This document shows positions 34,719-47,876 of a stretch of DNA of 49,165 nucleotides, one piece after another. The DNA is from Catajapyx aquilonaris (taxonomy: Eukaryota), in the NCBI GenBank assembly GCA_000934665.2, contig JYFJ02002903.1, positions 1 to 49,165 on the forward strand. Reading direction: 5' to 3'. The position numbers and the translations under genes are program-made. Below the pieces are notes generated by a model. The model did not search any database, had not been told where the DNA came from, and was given only the letters and a program-made list of their open reading frames with translations. How positions within the stretch are numbered: the stretch's first letter is position 1; each line of letters begins with the position of its first letter.

Positions 34719-37348
34719 GGTTGATCTTGAAGCGAGGGACAGGGTCAGTCAAAAGAGTCAGTCAGAACGGCCCGTCAGCAGTCTGTCAGTCTGTCAGTCT
34801 CCAATATATTGTTATTACTCTTAATTATCACGTCCCGGCACACATACACTGTGAAGCACGTGGGGGTTGAGGATAGGGATGAGTGGACGAAGGCACCCGT
34901 TGGATGACGGCCGATTGCTTCTCCTTGATTGTTATCAGTTATTATTACTTCCGGGTTAATTGTTGGTCGGCAGACACACACACACACACGACACCACGAT
35001 CCTCATTCACGCCAAGTCGCTCGAAGCAATATAAGAAGCACACGAAAGAAGGAAGCGGCAAGCGTATGTAATGATAAGAATAAAAAGCGGCCACTATTCA
35101 AACTTGATTATGATTACGAGTAGTTGAAGTGCAACATGCTTTTTCTCTCCCCCTTTCTTATTTTTCAAAATCTTAAAGAGACTTTTGTTTCATTTATTGC
35201 CACCTGCACTTATTAATTGAGCACTTGTGTGTGAAAACGACGAGTGAGTGACCTCCCGCCCCGGAAGGAAGAGTTGGGGGCGGGGGGTTGGCTGTGTGTG
35301 GGGCGAATGGTGAATTGAGTGTCACATGGCCCCGGGGCGTACACCACCCTCTGCGGATGGGGTCAGTGTGTCACTCGCACGCACGCACACACGCACGCAC
35401 AGCTAGTGTCGTCGCCGTCTTATATCGTGTGCTGCCTGCCTCACGGATTGTCGTTTCAAAAAGAGGAGGACACTCTTCCTCTGGCAGGCAGGCAGGCAGG
35501 CTGCCGGCAAAGTACTAGCAGGACTAGCAGGAGTCTATGGGAAACAAGGTCTAGAGCGGCGAGGCCAGCTCCATCGCACGGACCCACACCCGAATTATCG
35601 ACTGCAATGCGGCATAATACCCACACTAACTTCCATGCCTCATTCCTTCATTCCCATTGCAATAATTACACTTTGATGCCACAAACATGTTGTGCTCCAG
35701 CAGGTAAATACAACAACATTGCTGAGCAACACGCTCTCTCCGCGATGCTGCTGCGTGATGGTGACGCGCCCCCGTATATCCTGCAGCATCAGCAGAATTT
35801 AAGAAACACTGCAGGAACATGTGACGGAACTATGTCTGCAGTTGAATGGCCTGCAGATGTGCATGTCGGATCATTGGGAATTCCTTTCCCGGAATGGCCT
35901 GCACGCGTTTGAAGTACCAAAATAAGTTCCGAGCAAATGGGTCCTCCTGGCTCCATCCAAAAGACAAGCACCTCTGATGGAACTAGAGATGTTAGATCAA
36001 TGATGTGATGAGGGTTGCATAGCTCCAGGATATACGTTCGGCACACTGTGCTGTGGCAATGAGACTGCCGGCATAACATGCCAGCGGACAACGACTGCTT
36101 CAACAACCCCTGCTGGAGGTCACCCAGCCGCTGTGAACCTAACTGTGATCAACAGGTGGAATGCATCAGAGGCTCCGTGATATTCTCGCCGCTCAGCACA
36201 TTGTCGCAATTATTGGAGGTGTGGCCAGCAGATTTCATGCCACTCTCCCAACCCCACCTCAATTCATTTCTCCAGATCTGGTCATAAGACGGTTGTGATT
36301 CCACATTTCTCAGGATAAGTTGCTTTCAAACGCGGCGCTGACGCAGTGCTCATTAAGGTAGAAGATGGCAAATCGACCGTCCCCATTCCGTCCGACCTCC
36401 CTTTTGTACAAAAAGAAGAGAAAAGGATACTTATTCCCTGCCTTCATTTTTCTAGTGAAGAGTGGCTGCGTATGAAAGTCCGTTCATTTAAGGCTCACGT
36501 GACGGGAAAAAAATAGCCTACTTGTCGTTTTTACAGCTGTGTACAATACACCTGCGGGGAGGGCGGGTAAAAAAAAAACATCCCAATGTGCGGCTGACAT
36601 GGAAGGGATATTGCTAACTACCGTCAAGAGTTAAATGTCCATTGCCTAATAACATGTATATTTCGGTACGGCGAAGGACAGTCTGCTTTTCAAAAGTGTA
36701 ATGTGGCCAGAGGTGCCTAAAGTCCGTTCTGGGTGAAACTTCCAGCTTGACAAGCCATGTCGCGGTACGGTCGATTCGTTGTCCTCGGGCCACCACAGCA
36801 CCTCTTGCGCTCTTTTTATAATCCTTTTCAGTTAAAAGAAGAAGAAAAAAAAAGCGTCCCTTCCATCCTGCAGTTCCCTTGCATGCAGACACTCACGTTC
36901 CCTACACACTCTCATCAATAGTCATCAATGGCACATTTCTATCCAGGTCATTTAATTTTAGCTCTTGCCTGTGTGTGCTTGTGTGTGCTCATCTGTGTAT
37001 GTATATGCTGGTGGGTCAGCTTTCGTGCAATCGAGTATTTGTCAAATAAACTTGATGTAGTACATTATATAAGCAAGTGCTTCGTCCGGCTGCTGTCTCT
37101 CATTGGTGCATTTTTAAATAACTCAACCTAAACATAAAATATGTGGGCATAGACCAACACCTGCAGTTTGTCATAAGAGGCAATGCAGACATATGTTATG
37201 ACATGTAATGACAAGCAACATCAGTTGTTGGATCAAGCATTGTAAAAGTGCTAATGGGAATTGATTACTTAGCAAATATTTTTGCACACAATATGTTTCG
37301 CCCCCATCCAGCTAACCATCTTTGAAGTGGAAATTAAGTGTTACCGAA

Positions 37349-37420
37349 GCAGGTTGGTGGAGTGGATATGGCGTCCGACTGCTAATCGGGAGGGTCTGGG
37401 TTCGGGGACTGCACACGACA
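37349..37420 (+). pseudogene. tRNA-derived remnant or SINE head (Ser-GCT-like anticodon arm)
   Basis: A-box TGGTGGAGTGG (37355-37365), anticodon arm TCCGA-CTGCTAA-TCGGG, and GGTTCG at 37399. The T-arm and acceptor stem do not close. Confidence 0.55.
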
Positions 37421-38129
37421 CCCAACATAAAGACAACGCACCAGTGTCCCCTCCTCACAAATCCCTATCCTGATCCCTGCACCGGAGATAAAAATGCGAA
37501 AGAAAAATTCGTAAGAAAAATTGTGGTAATCCACCCTTCTAAAAGGGCTTCGTTCCCTCCAATGGGTGAATAAAGTGAGGAAATGAAGCCATTTCTCCTG
37601 CAACCTTCTTCACAGCCAGCTCTCTCATAGTACACATAGCTCAACAATCAATGAGACTTCAATCTGTATACTAACCTCTTAATGGCTAGCCCTTTCTTAG
37701 CAAAGGAATACATCATACATGGCAAAATTAACTTGTTAATTTCGATTATTATTTTTTTTACTCCAACGAGGCAATCAAGTCAATACATGCACCTCTTGAA
37801 GGTCACCACTTTCATCCTTGTGCCTCACTGCTAAGTCACTGTGTTGTCGTCAGTCATCATGAAGATATAGTACCTTGAGCACTTCATTGCACTTAATTTT
37901 CCTTCATCAAACCATCAATGTCGTGCTGGCGATTATTCACATCATCCAGGCTCTTGGAGGCATCCAATCCTATGTCAGCCAAAGATATGCTAGAACTGAC
38001 GTGAACATAACATTACCTAGTAGAAGAATGATTGCATCTAAAGACTGGAAGCTGGAACAGGCTAGCAGAATCAAATTTGCTTTAATTTATTTATGCCGTT
38101 TTACCCCACAAATTGGAGCATGACGGTCA

Positions 38130-39464
38130 AATTGGGGGTGGGATAGGTCTGAGGGAAAGGGCCACCCCACAAATGTGCATGATGCACTTTCTATCCAGGA
38201 AAAGTGAGATCTGGTTCAGGGGTTGGAGTCGAGTAACACCCCCGATTGTTGTTTATTGCGTATTCGGTTCCACCTTGACCCTTTAGTGGCAATGACAGAT
38301 TTTGAAAGTGACAAGCAACAGGAGAATCGTGAGCCAACCAACATGGAGAGAAACTATCAAAACGCTTTCCCCAGGAGATAATCCTGTGCCCGATATGAGG
38401 GAATCAAACTGGGGGATCTTAGAGGTGGAAGGTCCGTGTCCTTAACCCCTTGAGCCCCAGCCGCCTAGAATCTAGGTGCTGAGAACTCGACCGCCATGTA
38501 CCAGCTATACCTGCCACCGTCTAGTTTTCCTCTCACTCGTACGCTGAAGATACGAACAACATATTTTACTAATGATAACAGCTCTGCTTAACCGTTCAGG
38601 GAAAACGTTATGAATGGGTTGAAAACAATTTCCGTCCCATAGAAGTCCCTAAATTAATTTCCAAAAAGATCGCTGCAGCACAGTATACCAGCTATGTTTC
38701 TGCCTATATTTCTGCCTAGATTTTCCCTTCTGTTCAACTTACAAGTACTCTGAAGGTAAGGGCAAGGTATTTGACAAATAGTAACAGCTATACTTACTCG
38801 TTCATGCAAAACACAAAGTATGGATTGGAAACAATTTTACTTGGCTATAAGTCCGTAAATTAATTTCCAGAAAGATTGCTGTAAAATATGAAAATCTGAG
38901 TACTTCCGGTCAACTGTTCGGATGAATTAATTATAAAATACGTTAAAATACACGGAATCACAATCTTGAGAACCATGCCAGAAGACTTTGTTGAAATCGT
39001 CATACTTTCCGAGAAATAAATTAATACTTTTCTGCGACATGCCTGTCACTTCGGATTATTCCCAAATTTACTTGTTTCTCGAAAAGTATGACGATTTCTG
39101 CAAATCCATTTGTCACCCTTCTCGAAATTGTTATTCCATATATTTTAACGTATTTCATGACTAAATCAGCCTAACAGTTGGCCGGCAGTACTCGAATTTC
39201 GGGATTTTACAGTGGTATTTTTGGAAATTAATTTCTAGGGACTTCTACGGGAGGGAAATTGTTTTCAACACATTCATAACGTTTTCCCTGAACGAATGAG
39301 AAGAGCTGCTATTATTTGTAAAATATCTTGTTCGTATCTTCAGGGCATGAGTAAGCGGAAAACTAGGTGGTGGCAGGTATAGCTGGTACCTGGCGGTCGA
39401 GTTCTCAGCACCTAGATTCTAGGCGGCTGGGGCTCAAGGAGTTAATCATTGCACGACTGTGCTG
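38130..39464 (-). mobile_element. tRNA-derived SINE-like element split by the piggyBac-like MITE
   Basis: Removing 38446-39445 gives minus-strand CAGCACAGTCGTGCAATGATTAAGGACACGGAC...AGTTTGATTCCC, with A-box-like and B-box-like motifs at tRNA spacing. The 3' boundary is approximate. Confidence 0.5.
38446..39441. mobile_element. piggyBac-like non-autonomous foldback element (MITE), 996 bp
   Basis: TTAA on both sides (38442-38445 and 39442-39445). Ends CCCCTTGAGCCCCAGCCGCCTAGAATCTAGGTGCTGAGAACTCGACCGCCA and its reverse complement differ by one base. Inverted similarity continues inward to a centre near 39040. No ORF. Confidence 0.9.
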
Positions 39465-39634
39465 TCAAACAAAAGACACTTCTAAAAGTATCCCTTATGA
39501 AAAGCAAAATGCTTGAAAGAAGGCTTCAGTACTAGGAAGAAGTGTCAGCTAATAACCAATAATTATTATCCGTCTGCTTTTGCCAAGTTCCAGCTCTTGT
39601 TTCAGTCATTGAAAAATACCTGGGCAAGAAGTAG

Positions 39635-41843
39635 TTACAGAATAAAGCAGACCTCAGAATGGCAGCCGTGTGCTTGGCAGCTATGGTGACTCCCAAGGGT
39701 GGTTCGAGAGCCAGGTGACATTGATGTGCCACTCCTCCGAGGAGGTGAATCCGATTCCCCCATCTGCTCAGGAGGTACGCCTTCATCCTCCATACCCACA
39801 CTTATGTCTCTGGGCAGCAGAAGGTGATTCACGGAAGTGCATAGCTCCTGTTGTGGTGACTCATCGCCCTCATTGCTTCTCGCATCTGACAGGTCATTGT
39901 GCAAGACCAGCAAGACATCTTCCAGCTGCCACTGCTCCTCCTTCAGCGTTCCAGCTCTCATGTTGCTCGCATCTATCTGAAGGTAAGGGCAAAAACTCAT
40001 GTCAAAAACTCAGTGGCTTTCAGGCAGGCGTTTCAAATAACTATTTCTGGAGGCAATTTCTAAGCTTGGTCGTAGCCACTGGCTTATGACACCTACCAGT
40101 GTCCTGATCTCCTCCTCCTCATGCACGAGTAGATGCAGGTGCTCCTGGTTTGCCTGCAGTGCAAGCCGCTCGCTGTTCAAGTGTGACCTCACCCGGGCCA
40201 GCCTTTCTCCAATGACCCTGAGGGCTCTTTCCAGGTTCTGTCCATGCTGGTCCCCTTCCTCAGGTGTTCCGCTGAGGGTCCGGCTCAATCTTTCCATGTA
40301 ACGTCTCTTTTCCTCCATTTCCTTGCCCAGCTTCCCCTCCAGATCGGCCCTGGCCTGCATCGCTGCATCATGCTATAAATGCAAAGACACTTTTCGAGTC
40401 AAAAAGTAGCACAGTATCAAGCTGGCCCCACGTAACTCATTTCAGTCATGCAAAGTATGACTCAAGCAAAAATCATATCCACATGTACCCAGAGTCATAC
40501 CTGTGCAATTGTTTGCTCCAGCTCCATCCTCAATGTCTGGGTTCGCCCTCTTTCCGTCATCAACATATTCCTAAAAAATTGAATAAATTGTTGGCAGACT
40601 GCCTGATTTTGATGGCACAGGGAGCCACATGCCGCAATGCTTGGCACCACTGATTCACATTGTATCATATCGTGCCCATTTACTCTGTGAATGCCCTACC
40701 CATTCCATCATATCTAGACGTGCCATACTGAACACCTCAGGCTATTATAATTCCCATTGCCTTGTCCACACATATGACCAGGCAAGTCATTAAATACTTC
40801 CCGCGCAAAATCTAGCTGCAAAAATGGCACAAAGAGAGTAAATTTAGGCAGCCAAAGCAATGCACATTTCCTTACTCTGCAACAAGAAGTTCATGCAGCA
40901 AATCCTTAAGCTGATGTTCAAAGATGGCCACATGCTGCTGCATGTCCTCCAGCTTCTCCTTGGTGGAATGCAGCTGGTCCATAACCATGCCTTGCATTTG
41001 AGCATGGCGCATCTGGTGCAATGGCAGGCCATGGGAACTCGTTGCTTGATCATGACTAACATGCTGGTGCTCCTGAAGTTCGTCATCATCATCATCAAGC
41101 AGAACTTCCGGAGCTTGCACTGGCAATTCAATGTTGTTGGCATATTCGCCACGAGCCACAGTAATTGGCACCCCATGAACACACAGCCCTCCATGTCCGC
41201 AACCAGCCATATCACCAGCATGGTTCATCTGGGGACCTTGCTCCACGACACCCTAGGCATAAACTCACATGATGGCACATCTAACACAGGCTACTAAACC
41301 CAACAACAACAACAAAAAACTAAATAACTGTGGCATGGAAAAATTGGGTTTGGTAACACATCCTATTTCTGATAACATTCTTTCATGTCCAGAGACATAT
41401 CGCAAAGGTTCATACCATGTATGGCTGGACATTGGGCCATTCTGTGTCTGAAGATGAGTTGGTCAAGCGATTGATGATGTCATACAGTGCGGACTCTGGC
41501 TCGACGTTGGCTTCAGGCAAAGATCCTGCCTCTGGGAGATTTGACACGGAGCTTCCAAGGCCTGGCGATATCCTATCTGCCATTTCTTGCCAGTACCTGT
41601 ATCTGTTTGATAGATCTTGTGAAGGCCATTGAGGCAGATCATTGTATGAGAATGGCAGCTCCTGCATCCCGAAGTCATCCTATAACAACAGCATCACATT
41701 GTATATGTGCATTCATACGCACTGCAGCATCAAAATCACATCGCATCATTAGAATCACAACACGGCGTCATACTCACTGGAAGTGTTACTTCCGTCACTG
41801 GAATCTGGCATTCTCGACAAGGGCAGCGAAGTGGGTGGTCCAT
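39635..41843 (-). CDS. Uncharacterised ~464-aa protein with a central coiled coil and C-terminal CaaX-like CFIL
   Basis: Six phase-consistent GT-AG exons: 41843-41778, 41679-41416, 41252-40876, 40570-40501, 40372-40097, 39976-39635. Heptad-like E/Q/L/R-rich segments such as LHSTKEKLEDMQQHVAIFEHQLKDLL and LERALRVIGERLARVRSHL. Possible 5'UTR donor at ~41980 (AAG|gtaacc). Confidence 0.75.
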
Positions 41844-43994
41844 GCTGGAGGTGTGGCGTTCAAATCTTAAAGCATACGACTGGCAAAAATTTTGACATAC
41901 AGAAAATTGGTCGGCTCAACTCCCACCACAATTTTGAACCCAACTCCAATGTAAATGATTCATATTGGTAACAATGGTTACCTTAGCAATGCAGGATTTC
42001 ATCAGCAAGCTGTTGATTCCCAGGTAATGATTGTCGAAATTGATTGGTTGAAATCTGACTGCTGTTAGCTATTAAGTACACTCTCCATATTTACACTGTA
42101 ATTACGTCAATGAACTTTTAAGCATGCATAAGGGGCTGGGAAAGAAATCTTGTCAGTAGTACAGAACATGTAAAACTGTATTCATCCTAATATTCAAATA
42201 CAGTGTCAGCACATGTAGAAAACTGCAGTTGAACAGCTCCACTACAACTATGTATCCCATCCTCCATTAGCCTAGTCAGAATCAAAAACAGAGGTACAAA
42301 AATTTTAAAAATCTTACGCAAAAATAAATGATAAAAATGTTCTAATAACTACTGGAATTCTTGGTATACCTGTACGCTCGTGACATCCATCATTGTATCA
42401 CAGCTGCACAATTGAACCTCTCGCCATTCCCTACAATTGCTTGAAGTCATAAACTCTATCCGCAGGACATCATTATTCAGATCTCGCTTGCATATAATTA
42501 GGTATTTTTTCAATCATTTTCCATGAGATCATTTCTTTACGTCAAAAATGCAACGTTTAACAAAGCATGGGCTCAGAATAGCCATCACAAAATACTGCAT
42601 AACTTCCACATTATCAGATCTCTCTTAATGTCCACTTACAAAAGGATGAGCCTAATATTCTTGTGTGATTAATGCACTCCACTTTTGCAAAATTGTGGCA
42701 TAAACGTAACAATTTGAAAATGTAGCACCTGCAATTAACAAATTACACCTTGAAACCATCCAAGGTGCAAGGCAAATCCTTTCCATCCATTACACATTTC
42801 TTCCACGTATACATTAAAATGTTTGAGTAACATTACCATCTAATGGACACGTATGATGAATGAAACACAATTTAATGCAAAAAAAAACAATGTTGCAAAT
42901 GTTAGGCCGACAAATTTTTGCATTATCTGCCTTTTCTTCCCCCTCGGAAGAAGATACACTTCATCTGAAGAACATAATTTTGGCATAGAAGGCTCGACCC
43001 AAACTTAGCATGGGACATGGGGGCTCGTAACTAATCCATCTGAGTATTCCCAGATATCAGGGATGGACCCTGGTGATCAGCACCCATAAGCAATGATGCC
43101 GACACACTTCTACGCACTTTGTACTAGTGGAAAAAATAATAATTAATGAACACTGCTCATGACGCCATCTCACAAGGACCTTTCAATATCAAAACCAATA
43201 CTTCTTTGTGAGATGTGAGATGGCCAGAGGTTGCCGTCATGAACCCACAGTGTTCAAATTGAGCACAATTTGCAAAAAACATGTTTCTCGTGGCTCATCA
43301 GGAATTTTTATCCCAATGTTTTTAAAAGATTATGCAAAAAGGGCCCATCCAGAAAGAATTAACACTAAACAAAGGTCACATAATTAAATATTTTGCAAAT
43401 ATTTCACAGTCATTGACACCTGAATTAATTACGGGTTGGAATGTAATCTACCTGGGTTCAGATGATGTAATACGCATTGCGTAAAATCACTTTCAAAACC
43501 TCATTGCGGCAGAAACTTAACACTTCTACGTGTGTGAACACTACTTCATAAGACAGGGAGAAAAATAAATTTCTTGTACGTGGTTTCACAACCTAGGTAA
43601 TACTACTCAATAAATCCTGTGTGTAACGTGAGTATTTTTTAAAATTATATGGGGAGCAGGTATCTGTTACATGGAACAGAAATGCTTGGAAAATCCTCCA
43701 CCAGGAGCAAAGACAAGTTCCGTAGAAGACAAGACTCCAAAATGCGGTGCTTCACTGTATTACATGGTTGGAAGATTACGACCTACTTGGCACTGCCATT
43801 CAGACCGGCTACAATTCTACTCATATTGGAATAGAACCACCGAGTCTGTCGAGAAAGCCTAATGTGGCACACCATGGTTCACATACAAACGTGTAAAAAA
43901 CCATGCTAATAAATACTACATGAGAAGAAAGACATGATTGTGCGACCCTGTGTAAGGAAGCAATTCCAGTTGCTTTTTCTTGATCGATGTCATC

Positions 43995-46900
43995 TCACAT
44001 GAGTAAGCCTTGCCCCAAGCGAAACGCCATCTCAACCATGTTCTGCGGGGAAGACTCCTCGTAGCAGATGTAAACCTCACGGGGGCGAAGGCCACAGAAC
44101 AAGCGCCTGAAAACAACACGAAATAATCTCATCGAACTGACTGCACACATCTCCAAACTGTTGAAGAGGATCTCCTTACCCAACGACCCAGTAGTGGAGC
44201 GAGTGGTGCCCTCCCTTCCCTTTGGCTCCTTTTTTGGTGTTGGTTTCCGCAGAAAAGAGAACGGCCACTTCCTTTAGGGCCAGAAGGGACTGGTGACTAC
44301 CTGCCCAGCTAGACTGCTGCTTCCCAGCCTCTTGGCTCCTCATGGCCTCCTAGAAAGAGAGATGCGGCATGAGAAAGAAGTCTCCTCCAATTCCTCGACT
44401 GCACCCAACCTTGCACCTGATGGCTCCCTGAAGGCTGCAGTGGATAGTCTGGCAGCAGGAGCGGAAGTTGTGCATGACCTGCGCAAACAAGGCACCTGCT
44501 GTCCCTTCCCCTTCCTCTCCCCTCCATCCCACCCCATCTGGCAAGGGGGGAGGGTTGAGCAACACTCCCTCCCCACTCTCCAGGTGGACAAAGTACAGCA
44601 CGCATTCCTTCAGGCCACATCCAAGCCTGAAGCGACACGCAAAGGAAATTCAAACTGGCTGCAAGACCCTCCAGAAAAAATCTGATTACAGCCGACTGAC
44701 CTGGCCACAGCTGCCACTTCCTCTGCTTCCTCTTCCTCCTCATCCGTCTCTTCTGCCTTCCTGCCCTGAAAACAAAAGGGCACCGACCAAGTATTGCAGA
44801 TCCACCAGCCTGCTTCTGAGTGAAGCCCACCACAAAATGAAAACAAACCTTGCTCCCAGCATTAGGAGGAGTACAAAATGAATTGTCAGACGAAGAGCTG
44901 CTTCCCTCCTCGGTGTTGGACAAACCCTTGTTGGTAGCAGCATGAGCAAAAGCTTCTCCTCCATCTGGTGTCCTCCTCAGCGGACTGCCAGTAGCCTGCA
45001 GGATGTCTTCAGGGTGATTCTGCTGCTTCCTTCTCTCCACCTCCAATGGTCCAACGATTCCACTGCACAGTTCATCGGATGAATCTGTGCACAATGATTT
45101 ATCAAATGTCGATTGGTGAAATGGACTGAGAATGACTTGAGATAATACAGTACGTATGGTGCTGACCATAGGAAGGCAGGAGCAGCAGCTGGTCATCAGA
45201 AGGCGTGCTCCACTTAACCAGAGGCTTGGCTTCAGATTTCCACAGGCGACCGCCAACTCCTGAAAAGGTGCCCAGAATGATCAAGAAACATCAGCACCAA
45301 ATAATCTTGGCCACTCTCACCTGACACAAATCCTTTTCCTGCGCTTGACTTGTTGGGAGAACTACCACCAGAAAGGACCCTTCCCAAGGGAGACCCTGTG
45401 GAGGCTTCCACCACGCCCTTGTGCTCCTCGATTGGAGACAGACCACGGCTGCCCAGCTGATTCCACACAGAGTGAAACCTGCGACCATACAGTTTAATAA
45501 CATGGTGTATTACAGTATTGAAAATGAACCAACCATTTGTAGTAAGCTCCGGCAACCCCAAGCTTCTGGATCTGACCTAATGCAGCCAGTACTTTCTGGA
45601 CATGGACCAGGTCTGGGCCAGCCAAATCCCTGGAAAAGCCAGTGTTCAACTAATATGTTAATTCTCCTGGACATAAACACACACTCACTCAGACTCCAGG
45701 AAAGACTCCATAAGCACTGCCATTGTGAAGTACCCCTAAAATGTGAAGAAAAGGATGATGATGACCAAAAATCATGCACGTCCTTTGCGAACACAACCAC
45801 AGTTCCAGCATAGCCAAACAAGTGCTTTTTAAATTGTGACAACACTAAATAATGGTCAAGTGGAATACGTAAAATAAGCAAAAACTACAGACCATAGTGA
45901 CAAGCAAAATGAAGGTGGGATCCGAGTTCTTAATTCTCGATGCGACTGATGAAGGGCCAGCATCCTTTGAGAGAGTGGTTGGTGGCAACGAAGGTGGAAA
46001 GACCCTCTGGACAGACACAAGCTTGGTTGAGAGTGACGGACCAGAATCCCCTCTCCCTCCCGCCACTTCATTTGGCGGATGGGGAGACGGTGAGGATGGC
46101 GAAGTGCGGAGGGATCCAGCCCTGCAGTGCATCACATGCCTCACCCACAGGTGGACAGAGACCAGCATGTGGTAAGGCAAATGGCTGCACACCAACAGCT
46201 CCTGGAATTTAAAATGGGAGTACATCTCACTCAAGGTGCCTACAAAACTTCACAACACAAGGACTATGTGGCCACGAACCTTGAAGAAAAGGCAGCTTCC
46301 AAGCACTGTGTATGGGCTCGGACAACCAGCAGAACCGGACACCACCTGATCCAAGATAAAATTGTAAGTCGTGTTCCCAACACACTCACATATCTGATAA
46401 TCCTCACAGTCTGCCTGAGCATGTTGGCCTCCAGTGAAGACATCACTTGGTTCACCTGAAACTAAACAACAGGAATTTTCAAGAGATTGCCGAAAGGAAC
46501 AGGAGAGTGCGCAAGCATCCCTTACACTGAGATTTTTGGGCATGGGCAGCAGGGGAGCAGCAGGAAGGAGATCTTCGAAAGGGCCTGGTGTCTGCCTGCC
46601 TCCCCTCCGTCCCCCAAACAGAGTGCGGGAAAAGTAGGCGTAGAGCATGTCGTCCACTGATGACTTGAGATTATTGTCAGTGAGAGCCCTGTCGTACAGC
46701 AAGGAATTGTCAAGAGAGAGCCTCTCACTCTGGGCCATATCCCAACCACCCGCTCACCTCTTGAGGCTCTGGTGTCGAAAGCATAGCAGAGTCTTGAGCT
46801 GTCCCAGAATCAGGGAGGCCTCCACCTTCCCCGCTCTCTTCACAGGAATCACAAGCAGGAGCACATTCTCTTCTTCACCCACATACGATACGATCTTCAC

Positions 46901-47876
46901 TTCACCATCCATCCTCAAGGTTGAACTGCAACAACAAAGAGGAATAGGTGGAGAATGCAGCACACTAGAGCGTATTGCCCATGGATACCTGCGAGGTTCA
47001 GACTCTACCAGATCCTTGATGGTGAGATAGAGAGTGACAAAGAGTCCATGGGCTTGAACCAGAGTGTCACTTCCAGGGGACGTCGATTGACTGGGCTGCT
47101 GCTCTTGTGGGGGGAACTGGTACAAAACAACGGGATGGGACCTGCTGCCCACTCCGTCTGCCTCAGCTCCTTGCGCTGCCTCCACTGCCGCCTCCTCTTC
47201 TTCAGTCCTGGGTGCGCACGAGAGGAACAGGACCCTTGGACAGAGTCCATCTGCCAAGAGAATAGCAGCCCCACCTGTAGGACTCGTCTCCTCCTGGCCT
47301 CCCTCCTCCACTGTGATCACTTTCACCAAACCTCCTGCACTGCCCACCTAACCATCCAGGAGACGTAATGACCCATTAGTCGGTTTGACCCTCCCAAGTG
47401 TGTTTCTGTTGACAAACCTGATTGTCTGTGAACAAGGACAAGGTCTGACGCTGCCCTGCCTGGTGAGCGCTGCTGGGGGTGGCCGCGACAGTGGCAGAAG
47501 CCCCATCCTCCTTCCCTTCAGCCCCTTCCCTCCTGGCCACGCCCTTGCTACGATGGCGTCCATGCTGGTGGCCGTTGCTGGTCCTCCTCCTGTGCGGGCC
47601 ATGCTGTGCTGTGACGGCGGGTTGCTGTGGGCTGCTGCCACTGCTGCACTGTGAGCAGGAAGACACGGAGGAAGAGGCTGAGGAGGAAAGGCTGCTGCTG
47701 CTGCTACTGCAACACTCGTCAGTGGATGCGGCTGAATGGTGCCTGTGGCGTCTCCTCCTTGGGTGGCAGGCCTCATCATTGTCTGAGAGGCTGGCACAGT
47801 CTGAGCCACACTCCTCTTCCGCACTGCTGCTGCTCCCCTCCTGCCTCCCACCAGGACCAACACCAGCTGCAGACAT
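43995..47876 (-). CDS. INTU: Protein inturned (PCP effector/CPLANE subunit, tri-longin protein), ~921 aa
   Basis: Sixteen phase-consistent exons: 47876-47418, 47347-46989, 46925-46758, 46688-46526, 46455-46408, 46345-46280, 46201-45893, 45735-45689, 45629-45534, 45478-45321, 45259-45167, 45084-44849, 44765-44701, 44626-44410, 44349-44180, 44106-43995. Motifs matching Inturned as I recall it: GLFVTL, YTVLGSCLFFK-LVCSHLP, GPDLVHV, YFVHLESGEGVLL, NFRSCCQTIH, KEVAVLF, YWVVGRLF...PREVYICYEES...VEMAFRL. Confidence 0.88.

Noticed and set aside
35319..36106. 197-aa and 105-aa ORFs upstream of ankyrin
   Set aside because: Built partly from simple repeats (GCAC, GGCA), with no recognisable domain or splice structure.
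38749..39992. 17-nt exact match TCTGAAGGTAAGGGCAA between the MITE interior and the last acceptor of the coiled-coil gene
   Set aside because: No flanking similarity. One match of this length in 49 kb is plausible by chance.
44180..44417. Apparent frameshift or pseudogenisation near the inturned 3' end
   Set aside because: Resolved by using the phase-0 donor AAG|gttggg at 44410. The exon then reads through KEVAVLF to HYWVVG without disruption.
44309..45256. 315-aa minus-strand ORF
   Set aside because: Runs across several inturned introns. Only 45084-44849 is in the real frame.
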